64,000 nucleotides of DNA from Octopus vulgaris. Its lineage: Eukaryota. A program made the translations under genes and the position numbers. The DNA lies in assembly GCA_951406725.2 (NCBI GenBank), contig OX597816.1, forward strand, positions 91,946,001 through 92,010,000, in the 5' to 3' direction. The first letter of the stretch is position 1. Each line of letters starts with the position of its first letter. Of the stretch, positions 27,041 through 40,758 are shown one piece after another. A model generated the notes under the pieces. It saw only the letters and a list, made by a program, of their open reading frames with translations, ran no database searches and was not told the DNA's origin.

Positions 27041-27914
27041 AAGGGTTGACGGTACAAAACAGGTATAGAAATGGAAGGTGTGTGCTCCTATTTTACCTCG
27101 AGATTTGGAACTTTTATCAGATAACTTCAGATGGAGAAGACTACGCAAGTAATCATTTAGAAGTAGTTCACGTTCGATTACAATGGGAATTTATATTCAC
27201 ATCATATAGGTGGCCGGTGTAAATGTGTAATATATAGAAAGGTAGATATTCAGGTGTGAACCACGGCATAAACAAAAAGAATAATCGAGATGCAGATTAA
27301 ACAATAGATGAGACATTTTTCAGTTGTGGAAACAAGAGTACTGTCGTGTGGCATGAGTGTCTTTCTCATAATTACCAAATGAAGAACTAAATAAGGTTCA
27401 GATAAGTAAACCTAGATTTTATGCTTGAGTAAGCTTAGAAAAGGCACTTCGGTCTTATATATGGAGATAATGGATCTAAGATTACGTTATACAATACACC
27501 TTACCTTGTTTAAGGCTTTAAGTGTGTGATTTGAGGGAGATCAGCTGCCATTTCCAATACATCGAGTTGCCACTAAGAAGCTCCATATATTGCTTTTAAG
27601 GTAGATCAATGTCATGTTTTCATTGGATCTAACTCAATATTATTTTGATTGCCAACAAATTTCTATATACCAACTGAGTATTAACATATCTTAAAAACGA
27701 TTATTGATTTACGAAACGAAGTAAAGTTTGTCTTTATACAAAATATACTCGACCTTGCTTTTCTTTTTTTGAAATATCTCTTTCATGTCCGATAATTGTA
27801 CTTTTACCAAGTTATTGTGATTATTTCCAGGTCAATTCTGATCCAACAGATCTATCGTCAAATGCATTCCAGCTGTGACTTGGTATATCAAAGTTTACAT
27901 TGTCCTATGTGTCC

Positions 27915-28350
27915 TTCATTATTTAAGATGATAAGGTGTGACATTGAAGGAGATTTATTTGCTATTTCTCGTAAGCTGAACATCCATATAGAGGCCTTCT
28001 TCGTTGGATTGGGTATTTAGCAGTTTTCATCAAATGAAACTTGTTCTATACACGTTTCTAGTTGTGCATTTTTACTAAGCGTACAAAAAGCAACCTCAGT
28101 TTTTCACAAGGTAGTTTTTGCTTCCAGCCATGTTCTTGTTGTTATTGTTCAGCTCCAGACCAGCTCGAACCAAGCATGGCTATGATCAAAAGCGTTTCAG
28201 TTGTGGTTATCACGTTTCTTCAGATATAGTGTATTTAGGATTACATTATCAAATCAAATATACTTCTCATTTTTTAAGACAGTAGAAAGGGAGATCTGAT
28301 TGCTATTCATTTCAAGTCGAGCGACTGAATACAGATACCCTAGTTTCCAT
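27915..28350 (-). repeat. Copies of an old dispersed repeat (aatagc..aaatctc..tcaaatcacacc.ta..tcttaaa motif)
   Basis: Degenerate versions recur near 22000-22200, 25730, 27500, 28600-28790, 38400-38550, 44000-44180, 51420-51600 and 55370-55560; class not determined. Confidence 0.55.
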
Positions 28351-28381
28351 ATATTGTTATGTAAATATTTTACTCTGATGA

Positions 28382-28473
<92 letters not shown>

Positions 28474-29069
28474 TTGTCTATCTATCTATCTGTGTGTGTG
28501 TATGTGTGTACCTGTTTGTCTGTGTGTCTGTCTCTGTGTTTGTTTGTGTGTCTTATTGTGTGTATGTGTGTGTGTGTGTGTCTGTAATTAGTTTAAATCA
28601 ACGAAGTTCTAGAAATTATTAGAAATAGCAACCAAATCACTTTCAAATCACATTCTGTATCTTAATGAAAAACGTATTAGATAATGTGGTGTTAGATATA
28701 TTAATTCTGTGCAAAAAACAAAAAAAAAAACAAAAAAAAACAGAGATGGTCACAGTTGAAAGTAGGTCTGCTGGATACTGCTAAGTTATTTATTGTGCTT
28801 TATCTTTGGTCTTCAGTTCTTCGAGGGAGTGATAAGGGTGTCATCATTATACACAGCATATATTGGGACATTTTTAGACATGGTGGAGTCCATGCTTCTT
28901 CGAGAATGACCATGGTAAATTTCTTCAAGAAAGAAAGAATGGCAGTCAGAATCGAGCCCAGCTCAAGACTGGTATTTTATTGGCTCCCAAAGGATGAAAG
29001 GTAAAATTGACGTCGGCTGAATATGAACTAAGAGTGGCAGAGAGTTTGAAATATTACCGCAAAGATAAC

Positions 29070-29301
29070 TATCTATTTCTTTATTACCCACAAGGGGCTA
29101 AACACAGAGGGGACAAACAAGGACAGACATAGGTATTAAGTCGATTACATCGACCCCAGTGCGTAACTGGTACTTAATTTATCGACCCCGAAAGGATGAA
29201 AGGCAAAGTCGACCTCGGCGGAATTTGAACTCACAACGTAACGCAGACGAAATACCGCTAAGCATTTCGCCCGGCATGCTAACGTTTCTGCCAGCTCGCC
29301 G
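29070..29301 (-). mobile_element. Young family A SINE nested in an older copy
   Basis: Near-identical reverse complement of 21693-21923 and 37025-37254. Confidence 0.9.
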
Positions 29302-29517
29302 AACGATGCTATATAATGACGCTGCCAATTGGCCGGCTTGTTTATTTGTTTACTTATTTAAATGAATTGATTGCTAGTTGTGAAGACGTTTGGATATATG
29401 ACCGTTATTGATGTTTTTCTTTCTTTTATTAACAGCTAAAAACAGATTTGAAATATAGGTCATACGATTCCAGGATTACGGCTGACCAGGAACAAGACTA
29501 CCACCACCACCACTACC

Positions 29518-29596
<79 letters not shown>

Positions 29597-29737
29597 GTTG
29601 TAGTTCATTCCTTGTCTCCAGGATCTTACACTGCATCCAATGAAGAGTTTAATGAGCCAATAATGTATTCTTTAGATGTATTTCTTATTTCTCTTCTGTA
29701 TTTCTTTAGATGTATTCCTTATTTCTCTTCACACCCT

Positions 29738-29772
<35 letters not shown>

Positions 29773-29890
29773 GACATATAGACACACGCCTCACTATATG
29801 CACATGTATATGTGTATATACGTGTGTGTATGTGATTGAATGTGAGTGTGTGTGTATAAGTATGTATGAGTGTATGTAAGTATTCCATTA

Positions 29891-30082
29891 TTCTTTTACT
29901 TCTTTCAGTCATTTGACCGCAGGCATGCTGAAGCACTGCCTTTAGTCGAACAAATCGCCCCCAGGACTTATTCTTAGTAAGCCTAGTACTTATTCCGTCG
30001 GTCTCTTTGCCGAACCGTTAAGTTACGGGGATGTAAACACACCACAATCGGTTGTCAAGTGATAGGGGGACACAAACACAGC

Positions 30083-30113
<31 letters not shown>

Positions 30114-30121
30114 ACATATGA

Positions 30122-30158
<37 letters not shown>

Positions 30159-30320
30159 ACACGGGGTCCTTTCAGTTTCTGTCTACCAAATCCACTTACA
30201 AGGCCTTGGTCAGCAAGAGACTATAGTAGAAGACACTTGCTCAAGGTGCCACGCAGTGGTACTGAACCCGGAACCATGCGGTTGGGAAGCAAACTTCTTA
30301 CAACACAGCCACGCTGCGCC
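29891..30320 (-). mobile_element. Family B SINE with internal (CA)/(TA) microsatellite
   Basis: Head ggcgcagcgtggctgtg..., CORE-like accttgagcaagtgtctt, conserved tail. Confidence 0.88.
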
Positions 30321-30568
30321 TTTATATATAATATATAAATATATATACATATATATATATATATATTGTATATATACACATAGATACGTGTATATATACA
30401 TATATACACTACACTCATATTCATACACACGCACATATATGAATATATGTGTATATATATGTTTATATATATAAAATAAATATGTATATCTATAGATAGA
30501 TCCATGTATATGTATATCCATACATAAATATGTGCAAATATATCTTACATATACACATGCATGTATGC

Positions 30569-30751
<183 letters not shown>

Positions 30752-31839
30752 GTACACAGAAGACCATTTCCACACACACACACAAAGGCACACACACACA
30801 CACACACGCGCGCGCGCACACACAGACACACACAAATGTACACATACAAATATAGGCATAATTTTCAATTCAGAAGGAACAGATAGTAAAATTGATTCTG
30901 TTGTAGAAAATAGGATGCAAAATAAAAATTAAAAAAAAAAAAAATTAGGCGAAGTGTTTAGTCGCAATATCCTATTTCCTTGTCATAATTACAACCTGAA
31001 GATACATCAGACGAAAATACATGCCAGTGGGGGAAAAACAGTGATGTTTAGATATTAAAGACAGAGAATACTATCTCAAACATCTTCTCTTAAACACATA
31101 ATACTTCAATTCTGTTGTTATATCGAATATTAGCAACACACACACACACACACACACACAAACTAACGCAGCCACATCCACACACTCACATATATATATC
31201 TATTTTTATCTATTTACACACACACACACATATATATTATATTATATATTACATATGTCCTATATTATATATGTCAATAAAGGATTTATATTCAAACGGC
31301 TTGGCAACTGATTTTTAGTTCATCTATATATAAATAAATTTTCAGTAGCTGCAAGTGTTGGTGGTGGGTATTTAATCAAAAAATAAAAACCTCATAAATA
31401 TTTATAACCTTTATATTTGCAAATGAAAATTTTTGTTCTACTAGTTATTAAATCTTTAAAAAAGAGAAATGAAGAATTGTATTGTTTCTATAACATAGAA
31501 GTATTTATGAAATCTCTTGCAACAGTTTGGCGTTTTCCCTCTTTCTCTTCACATAGGCGCAGGGCATGGCTGTCTGGTTAAGAAGTTCGTTTTGCAAACA
31601 TTTGTTTTCTGTTTGAGATCCACGATGTTGGATTTTGGGTTATTGTCCTCTAAAACAGCCTCAAATCAACAACGACAAATAATGCCTTGTGACTGAATTC
31701 GGAAGACAATAAACTGTACAGAAGTCCATCGTAGCGAGACGTTCGTGAGACTAAGGCTTTTGTGGATGCGAAACTTTTGGTTACTCTATGACCGGACAGT
31801 AACTTAATTTACTTAAATTAAATTTATATATATATTATA

Positions 31840-31928
<89 letters not shown>

Positions 31929-32096
31929 AGAGAATATATTTTTCAGTCTTTGTTTCTCTCTATTTACTCGTATACATGCACGTATATTTGATATATCTAG
32001 CCCAATCAGTTTTATTAGTTTATTTGTGTCATTATCTCCATATCTGCTCACCTTGATTCCTCCGATAGTCAGCCATGTATATATATATATATATAT

Positions 32097-32418
32097 ACAT
32101 CCTATCCGAAAAAGACACACTCCAAACATTACAGTTGTAATATATTTACAGGGAGTCAGGGAGTTGTTTATAATGCCGGTCATAGAGTGATCAATGGTTT
32201 CGCTTCTGTAAAGCGCTTAGCTTTATAAATGACTGTTCAGTGTCCAATGGTCGGGGAAATATAACCTCTTTTCAAACTGGAGTCTGACGAGTCGTCTATA
32301 AGGCTAAGCGATTTAGGGATGTAAAACCATTGGCCACTCTATGACTGGCAATACGATTAATTTCCTGTAAATACATTGCAACTCTTATGTTTAGAATGCG
32401 CTTCTTTTTCAAATATAT
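32097..32418. mobile_element. Palindromic MITE (~320 bp)
   Basis: tgccggtcatagagtgatcaatggtttc...cgcttagctttataaatgact pairs with agtcgtctataaggctaagcg...aaaccattggccactctatgactggca; outer arms also pair. Confidence 0.75.
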
Positions 32419-32431
32419 GATTCATTGATGA

Positions 32432-32534
<103 letters not shown>

Positions 32535-32551
32535 ATATCTGGCTGAGTGCT

Positions 32552-32900
32552 GGCGCAGGCGTGGCTATGTGGCAAGAAGCTTGCTTCCCAACCACATGGT
32601 TCCCGATTCAGTCCCATTGCGTGGCACCTTGTGAGTGGATTTGGTAGACGGAAATTGAAAGAAGCACATCGTATATATATATATACTCCTTTACTCTTTT
32701 ACTTGTTTCAGTCATTTGACTGCGGCCATGCTGGAGCACCGCCTTTAGTCGAGCAAATCGACCCCGGGACTTATTCTTTGTAAGCCCAGTACTTATTCTA
32801 TCGGTCTCTTTTGCCGAACCGCTAAGTGACGGGGACGTAAACACACCAGCATCGGTTGTCAAGCAATGCTAGGGGGACAAACTCAGACACACAAACACAT

Positions 32901-32977
<77 letters not shown>

Positions 32978-33140
32978 TACGACAGGCTTCTTTCAGTTTC
33001 CGTCTACCAAATCCATTCACAAGACATTGGTCGGCCCGGGGCTATAGCAGAAGACACTTGCCCAAGATGCCACGCAGTGGGACTGAACCCGGAACCATGT
33101 GGTTGGTTAGCAAGCTACTTACCACACAGCCACTCCTGCG

Positions 33141-33224
<84 letters not shown>

Positions 33225-33388
33225 ATTTGAATAATGTGAATGATAAATTGACCCACATCAATTTAAAAACAGTAGTCTCGCATATAGGAAAATCTGAAAA
33301 TTCAGAAAAATTGTAATACATGCGTATAATAAGGGATGTCCACTTAGTAGTAATCTCTTATTATACGCGTGTATTACAATTTTTTCTG

Positions 33389-33425
<37 letters not shown>

Positions 33426-33860
33426 TGTGGGTCTATTTGTCCTCTCACCATCTCTTGACAACCGATGTTGAGACAAACGGAAACGGGAAAAACATTATTT
33501 TTTCGTCTTTGTTTTTTTGTTGTAAAAACATGGCTTGTCCGTTTTTGTTTTTCGTTGAGTTCTACGTCTAGTTGTAGTGTCCTGTACTCACGTATATATA
33601 TTTATATATGCATGTATATATACATGTAGATGTAGGTACGTACATATATGTTTGTATGCATGCATATATTTTATTTATTACATATATATATATATATGTT
33701 GGTGTGTTTACATCCCTGTAACTTAGCGGTTCGGCAAGAGACCGATAGAATAAGTATTAGGCTTACAAAGAATAAGTCCTGGGATCGATTTGTTTGATTA
33801 AACGCGGTGTTCCAGCATGGCTGCAGTCAAATGAGTGAAACAACTAAAAGAATAAAAGAA
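32552..33860 (+). mobile_element. Family B SINE interrupted by three nested insertions
   Basis: Head 32552-32675; antisense full copy 32685-33142; body resumes at 33420; insert 33470-33696; tail 33697-33860. Confidence 0.8.
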
Positions 33861-33929
33861 TATATACATACACACACACGCACACACACACACACGCGCG
33901 CAAACACATATATATATACATACATACAG

Positions 33930-34476
33930 GTGGCGAGACGTTAGGAGAGATGTGGTCGCAGAAATTGTCTGACAACCATGACTGGGTTCTCTTGCTTGTG
34001 TGGCAGAGTCTTGTTGCTAGGCACAGGGTCTTCTAGCAGCCACTCTCTTGGCCTAGAACAGCACTACTTCCTCCAGGCATTTGATGTAGGCTTCTGTGTT
34101 GAGTCTGAGGCTGTGTGGAAAGATGAATCGAGGCATAAGGTCCCCATCACTAGTGATCACTCCAAACTCCATGATGTTGACTGTATGTTTGATTTTTATC
34201 ACTCTTGGTACATGTTTTAGACTCACGGTAAGCCAATAATTGTTCTGTTTGTTCATCATCTATTCGTATTGGTGCTTCCGGTGCGAATGGCAAGCAGTGC
34301 AGCATGTCATTTCCAAACTTCTGGCAGAGTGAATTGCGTCATGGTGCTGTTTTTTTTCTCGCAGACGGTGTCCAACTGATGCTACTATACGATGTAGTCG
34401 ACACAATCACAAACAAACAATGCGCATGCGCGAAATAAAAGATATAAAATGGTGACAATTTACCCATTGCACTCTA
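33930..34476 (-). mobile_element. Second internally deleted maT copy
   Basis: NIMEFGVITSDGDLMPRFIFPHSLRLNTEAYIKCLEEVVL plus a left TIR matching 15809. Confidence 0.85.
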
Positions 34477-34487
34477 CACACACAAAG

Positions 34488-34562
<75 letters not shown>

Positions 34563-34683
34563 TGTATATATACCTTTTCTTGTTAAGGTACAAGGTGAGC
34601 ATTTTGGGGAGAGGACCCAAAACTAGATTGGCACTTCATTTTATCAAGCTCGGACCAGAGGGATAAACCGCAAAAGTTGACCT

Positions 34684-34853
<170 letters not shown>

Positions 34854-35989
34854 TGTCTGTGTATGTGCATGTGTGTGTGAGCACACGCGTATGTGTTTGT
34901 GTACATTTGTCTATCGTTTCAAAAACAGTAGATTTGTTCATAATTCATAACTTGCTTATTTTCTGTTCAAGAAACAGAAGTAGATAAGTACCAAACTTAA
35001 AAATAAGAACAGGAACCTTTGTAAAGGAGAAACACCATCAAGCAACAGTTAGTCCCTTAAATGAGGGGTAACTTTTGTAATTTTGAATTGCGGATTCAAA
35101 GCTGATGTGGGTTAATTAGATGACGTTTAACCAATTTTCTAGGTAATTTTGTTTTGCTGATTGCCACCCATCCCTTCAAAGTCTACCTAATTATCTAAAT
35201 ACATACATACATAATGCGAAAGGTGAGTGAACTGGAAGCTGTAATTGCGTAAGGTTAAATAATTGATTATTGCCAAAATACTTAATTTTAATTGGTAGAG
35301 TGATATAAGAATTGGTTTTTACAACAATGTTATCTTCATATACAAATTCTTGCAAACAGGTTATTCGAATTTTCGTTCCACTCAAAGCTCATTTGGTTTA
35401 GTCAAATTTCGCTTCCCCACTTGTATATAACACATCCCTTTTCCACGATTAAAATATATAGGGTAAGTACACCAAACATGCAGCTATTTATAGTAAGAAT
35501 GAATGCTTTTTGTTGGCAACTGTTTTCCCATCTGATATGTTAATGTTTTTCGTTTATAGAACCATGGCAAATACTATTGGTCTGTTTCGGAAGCTTGCAA
35601 TGTTTACTTAAGTGCTAACAACTTGATCTATCATATCATGTTCAATTAATAGATTCCAACACAGTTTGGAAACTTAGTCATGCTATCAGAACTCACTTGT
35701 CCCCACCACATCAACGGAAAATGGAAAATGAAAAGTTAAACAAGTTGTTAAGCCATTCTGTAGAGAAATGCGCCCAGTGCTGTAGATACAATCGTGATAA
35801 TTAGCTGACTCAGACATACTTATCCCAGCTCAGTAAGTTTTCAATTGCAATATGACTTTGTGGAGACATTAGGGCTACCAACAAAAAAAAGTATTTAGAT
35901 ATGGGACGTTATTTTCTATGGCATCTGTTAAAGTGTCATCAAGAGTCAAAAGAGATGGATTGGGTATGTTGTTCGAATGTCTGATGACC

Positions 35990-36420
35990 TTTTATCAAAA
36001 CAGATCTATTGTTAGTTGAAAGAAAGAAAAAGGAAAGAAAGAAAAAGGAAGAAAGGAGGACAGAAAAGGTGCAGGGATCTGTTGAAGGTCAATACGAAGA
36101 AAATGTAACATCGACTTCAACAGCTGGGAAGAAAATACTAATGTCCGAAACCTCTGGAGATCCATCCTCTGTGAAGGAACAACTACATTCGAGACAAACA
36201 AATGCGAAGATCTGGAAGAAAAACGAAGGAGATGCAATTCCAACCAAGACCAGATCTATCTCAAGGAACAACTTGTCCAACTCGCAGAAGATCCTTCATT
36301 GCTTAAATTAGACTTATAGGCCACCTTCGAGTGCACCAACAACCCAAAATAGACTAGAACAAAGCCCATCATTCTCTAAAGAAAGAGGGATAGGCACGAC
36401 GATTAAAGTGGGAAAAATAT
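35990..36420 (+). mobile_element. RTE-clade LINE 3' remnant with a decayed C2H2-like finger
   Basis: DLLKVNTKKCNIDFNSWEE...LWRSIL.EG...FE...TCPT.RRSF...LIGHLRVH. Confidence 0.75.
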
Positions 36421-37024
36421 ATCTTTTCGCTTGGATCAATGTTTCTTTTCGATCGTTTACTTTAGTATTCAGAAGGTTGTTGGTAGTCTGGGGTGTAGTA
36501 CAGTATACAGGCAACTGATAAGTTGATGAGGAACTTTATTTTAGAGACAGGAAGTTTACAAATCAATGGTGATGCTAGTGGCACAGTTGGAGTGTATGCT
36601 GCTCGGGTCATCCCTTAAGTTTGCAGCCTCCGCCCTCTATACAGGCTTATACAACAGGAGGACTGTCCTATCACCCGCTCCCTAGCTACATTACTGTTTA
36701 GTATGAGTTTCTAATTGTTCATCATCATTGTGAAGATGTTACAATAGACCATCGCCTGCTAAAAACACCTTGTCATTTTGAAAGAATAGCAATTACGTTT
36801 TCTACTTCTGCTTTTATTCTTCTGAACATAAAATATTATAATGAAAAAAAGTGGCAAATTATCAAATCTCGCAGCCGCCGCCGCCGCCTCCTCCCCCTCC
36901 CCTCCTCCTATTTCTATCACAATTTATTTTCACCTTTTTAGGACACTAAACTGCATGTTAACTTTATAGTTCTACGATGTATTTTGATACACGATTTCGT
37001 ATGCTTGTAAAGGAGGTATTACAA

Positions 37025-37254
37025 GGCGGTGAGCTGGCAGAAACGTTAGCACACTGAGCGAAATGCTTAGTGGTATTTCGTCTGCGGTTACGTTCTGAGT
37101 TCAAATTTCGCCGAGGTCGACTTTGCCTTTCATCCTTTCGGGGTCGATTAAATAAGTACCAGTTACGCACTGGGGTCGATATAATCGACTTAATCCGTTT
37201 GTCTGTCTTTGTTTGTCCTCTCTGTGTTTAGCCCCTTGTGGGTAGTAAAGAAAT
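37025..37254 (+). mobile_element. Young family A SINE with an 11-bp TSD
   Basis: aggtattacaa at 37014-37024 and 37255-37265. Confidence 0.93.
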
Positions 37255-38689
37255 AGGTATTACAACGCTTAATATCAATATCTATTGGTAATCTACAACA
37301 GCTTGAAGTTTTAGGAGATTATTAGAAATGTCATGTTATAATATTAAAACATAGCCCAAGAAGCCAACGTTGTTACAACATGTATCCTTATCACGAGGGT
37401 ACTAGTTTTTACCGCGTGATAACACATTCAGCGTTTTGAAATACCGGTTTTATGTAAGCTGCCCTGATCAAAAAGCGATGGAACTCATATTCTTTCGGAT
37501 GTGTAAATCCTTTTCAAGTGTATAAGATAAGAACAGTTTGGATAAATATACGACTAATATGAAATGCTCCAGATCTTGAGTCTTTCCCCCTGTTTTATTT
37601 TCATCAACAACATATTATATAAACCGTCTCTGATTTCACATTAAAGTTATTATGAGTCTCTTCAAAGATCTTTCTAAGAAACACTCTTCTCGTAAGTGCT
37701 ATTAAGAATTTCTAAAGTCACAAAGGTCTATGAGACATTACTAAAGACTTCAGCTACATAAGTTTCACATGTAAGAAGAACTGAACTCAATAACAAGCAA
37801 ACGAAACATTCGTCAAGATGTATAGAGCTCTATTGCTTACAGCAAATATATGTTTATATACTACCTTCTAATACTTTGAAAGACTAGAGTAGTGGAAGTT
37901 AAGTACTGACTGTGTGCACAGCGTTAGTGATAACGTGTAAACCGTCAATCGTACTGCTGGTAATTCGATAATCCATGTAATTCGATTCTGTTAATTTTAA
38001 GAACCTGATACTTCTATCGTCAGTGAATTATACAATATGTTGTAATATGTCATAATTTATAATGGAAACCCGGTACTCAGCTTAGCACCACTGTGCTGTA
38101 TGCTGGGTTAATGCTAGTTGAACATTATACAGTCCGCTGAAAAAAGCGAAAGATCGCCGTTTCTAACTAGTGTCTACATTCAAACTAATCACTCACTCAT
38201 CCCTAACTAATACTATTTAAATTGCAAACCTTTTGAACCAAGTACAAGGTCTCTGTTATCTGAAGCCCAAATTCATCTCATTAAAGAAGATTCCACAATG
38301 ATGTACACCGTAAATCAGATTATTAATAAAAGCAAACGTTTTATTAATAACCTTGTTTCAGCATAGTTATTCAACAATCGACCTACGAGCGAACTAAAGA
38401 GTCTCCACGTTGTCATACATCCTACTAGAAGCAGCAGCTTAATATTCATGGGATCCTTGGATAGTTATGGCTGGAATGCTTTGAATAATGCTTTTGATTA
38501 TAAGTTCGTTCGATTAGGGCTGGTCTGTGGCTAAATCAATGACAACTGCATTAGATTCACATTATTACAACGGACTAAACTTATAGGAACGTTCCAGAAC
38601 GATTCAGAGCTTATGCAAATGTAACAATTACTGTCGTAGGAATCGTTACCGCAGTTAAAAATGTCCTTTTCTCTTAAAATACTCAAATA

Positions 38690-38905
38690 TAGGGTGGCCC
38701 AAAAGTAGGTTTACAGTTATTCAACTATCTTTTCGCATTCATATATTAACAGTTTAGATCTTAATTATGTATAAAAAAAAAGATATGAAACCATTATTCT
38801 ATGCTAATTTAGTTAATTGTAAGATAGAAATTTAAACGTAATATGTTTTAAAAGAAATTTAAAGTACCTACGTGATAACTATAAACCTACCTTTGGGCCA
38901 CCCTA
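38690..38905. mobile_element. Tc1/mariner-type MITE
   Basis: TIRs agggtggcccaaaagtaggtttacagttat / ataactataaacctacctttgggccaccct. Confidence 0.85.
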
Positions 38906-39242
38906 AATACGAGAGGTATACATTTTCATTAACAAATTTTCAACTGCTTACAGACATACGTATACATACGAGCACGTTCACATGCATGCGCGCAAACACA
39001 TACACACACACGCACGCACGCACTTACGACAAACAAATTCTATACAGTGAGTAAATTTACACCTCCTACCGTCCCCTCAAACATATAATTTGTTAACTCC
39101 TACTCTAAAACTACTTTGGTCTTACAATCCCCAGAGAGAATATATGAGTCTAGCAATCAAAGGATCGTGATTTCGGCTTAGTTAGGTTTCTTTCATCTTG
39201 TGTGATTAAGTTAAAACCTTGCTCAATCTCTTAGGGCGACAG

Positions 39243-39360
39243 TATGTATGTATGTATGTATGTATGTATGTATGTATGTATGTATGTATGTATGTATGTA
39301 TGTATGTATGAATAGAAAGATAGGTATATTTACGTGTCTGTCTGTCTGTCAATCTATCTG

Positions 39361-39459
<99 letters not shown>

Positions 39460-39543
39460 GCCTGTCTGTCTGTCTGTATGTCTGTCTGTCAGTTTGCCTA
39501 TCTACATCTCTGTCTGTCTGTCTCTTTCTCTCTCTCTCTCTCT

Positions 39544-39622
<79 letters not shown>

Positions 39623-39767
39623 CGTACGTACCTACCTACCTACCTACCTACCTACCTACCTACCTACCTACCTACCTACCTACATACCTACCTACCTACC
39701 TATCTTCCTACCTACATACCTACCTATTTGCTTGCCAGCCTGCCAGCCTGTCTGTCTGTCTGTCTGT
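39243..39767. repeat. Compound (TATG)(TATC)(TC)(TACC) microsatellite
   Basis: Direct inspection. Confidence 0.95.
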
Positions 39768-40108
39768 AACCATACTAAATCATCTGGTGTTACAGATATA
39801 GCTTTTAGTGTACGAGGAAGCTTGCAGACGTCAGCTGCTACATAATATGTTAGATCGTCATGTTTATTCTAGCGGTTTATAGCTACCAAACAGTTTAGAA
39901 CAAAACTAGGAATATTTTCTGGAATAGAAAAAGAAAAATGTATACACTCTGCTGTGCAAGGTGTAATTTTCCTCCTTTTTCTATCTCTCTCTTTTTTTTG
40001 CCTCACAGTTCTCTCTCGCGTATACATTCAAATATATACCCTACTTCCATGTTATATAACTTGAGTGAGGTAATGAACCATAACTTTCGAGTATAAAGTA
40101 TGGTACAT

Positions 40109-40139
<31 letters not shown>

Positions 40140-40177
40140 GTGTGTGTGTGTGTGTGTGTGCATATACATATATTATA

Positions 40178-40758
40178 CTAGAATGTTTCTACCTTTTATA
40201 TGATGGGTAACGCTACGGGTAATTTCATAAAAGTTAAATTATAGGTGTTGTATGTATGCCATATTTCTTGATATTACTCATGGTAATAGAAGTGTATTGA
40301 TATCGGTTTCAAACTTTGGCACAAGGCCAGACATTTTATAGGAGAGAGTAAGTTGATTACATCGACCACACTACTTAACTGGTACTTAATTTATCGACCT
40401 GGGCGGAATTTGAACTCAGAAATTAAAGACGGACGAAAATATTTTGCCCGGCGCGGTAACAGCTTTGCCAGCTCAGTGTGTATTAACAACATCATTGTAG
40501 GAATTGTAGTGATATATTAATTCGGAACTGTTTACTATAAATTCCTACGTTAGCGAATACCATAGTGATTAATGTTTATTCGAAACGCAATAAAGGAAAA
40601 TTTTTATGACATTAAGCATTGCATACATACACATATATAATATTGAAATATTCTTTCAAAGAAAGATCCATGAAATTTGTTTTTTTGGGAGGGTATCTAA
40701 GAGCAGAAAGGTCTGTAAGCCTATAATTCTTTTTATTTTCTGGGTTTATAGATAGAGA
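40178..40758 (-). mobile_element. Probable non-autonomous Helitron containing a family A SINE (40300-40480)
   Basis: Minus strand reads a|TCTCTATCTATAAA ... ATTCTAG|t (5' TC, 3' CTAG, A/T target) with a GC-richer subterminal segment. Confidence 0.5.

Noticed and set aside
32284-32310. CTGACGA-GTC...GGC motif
   Set aside because: No GAAA; explained by the MITE arm.
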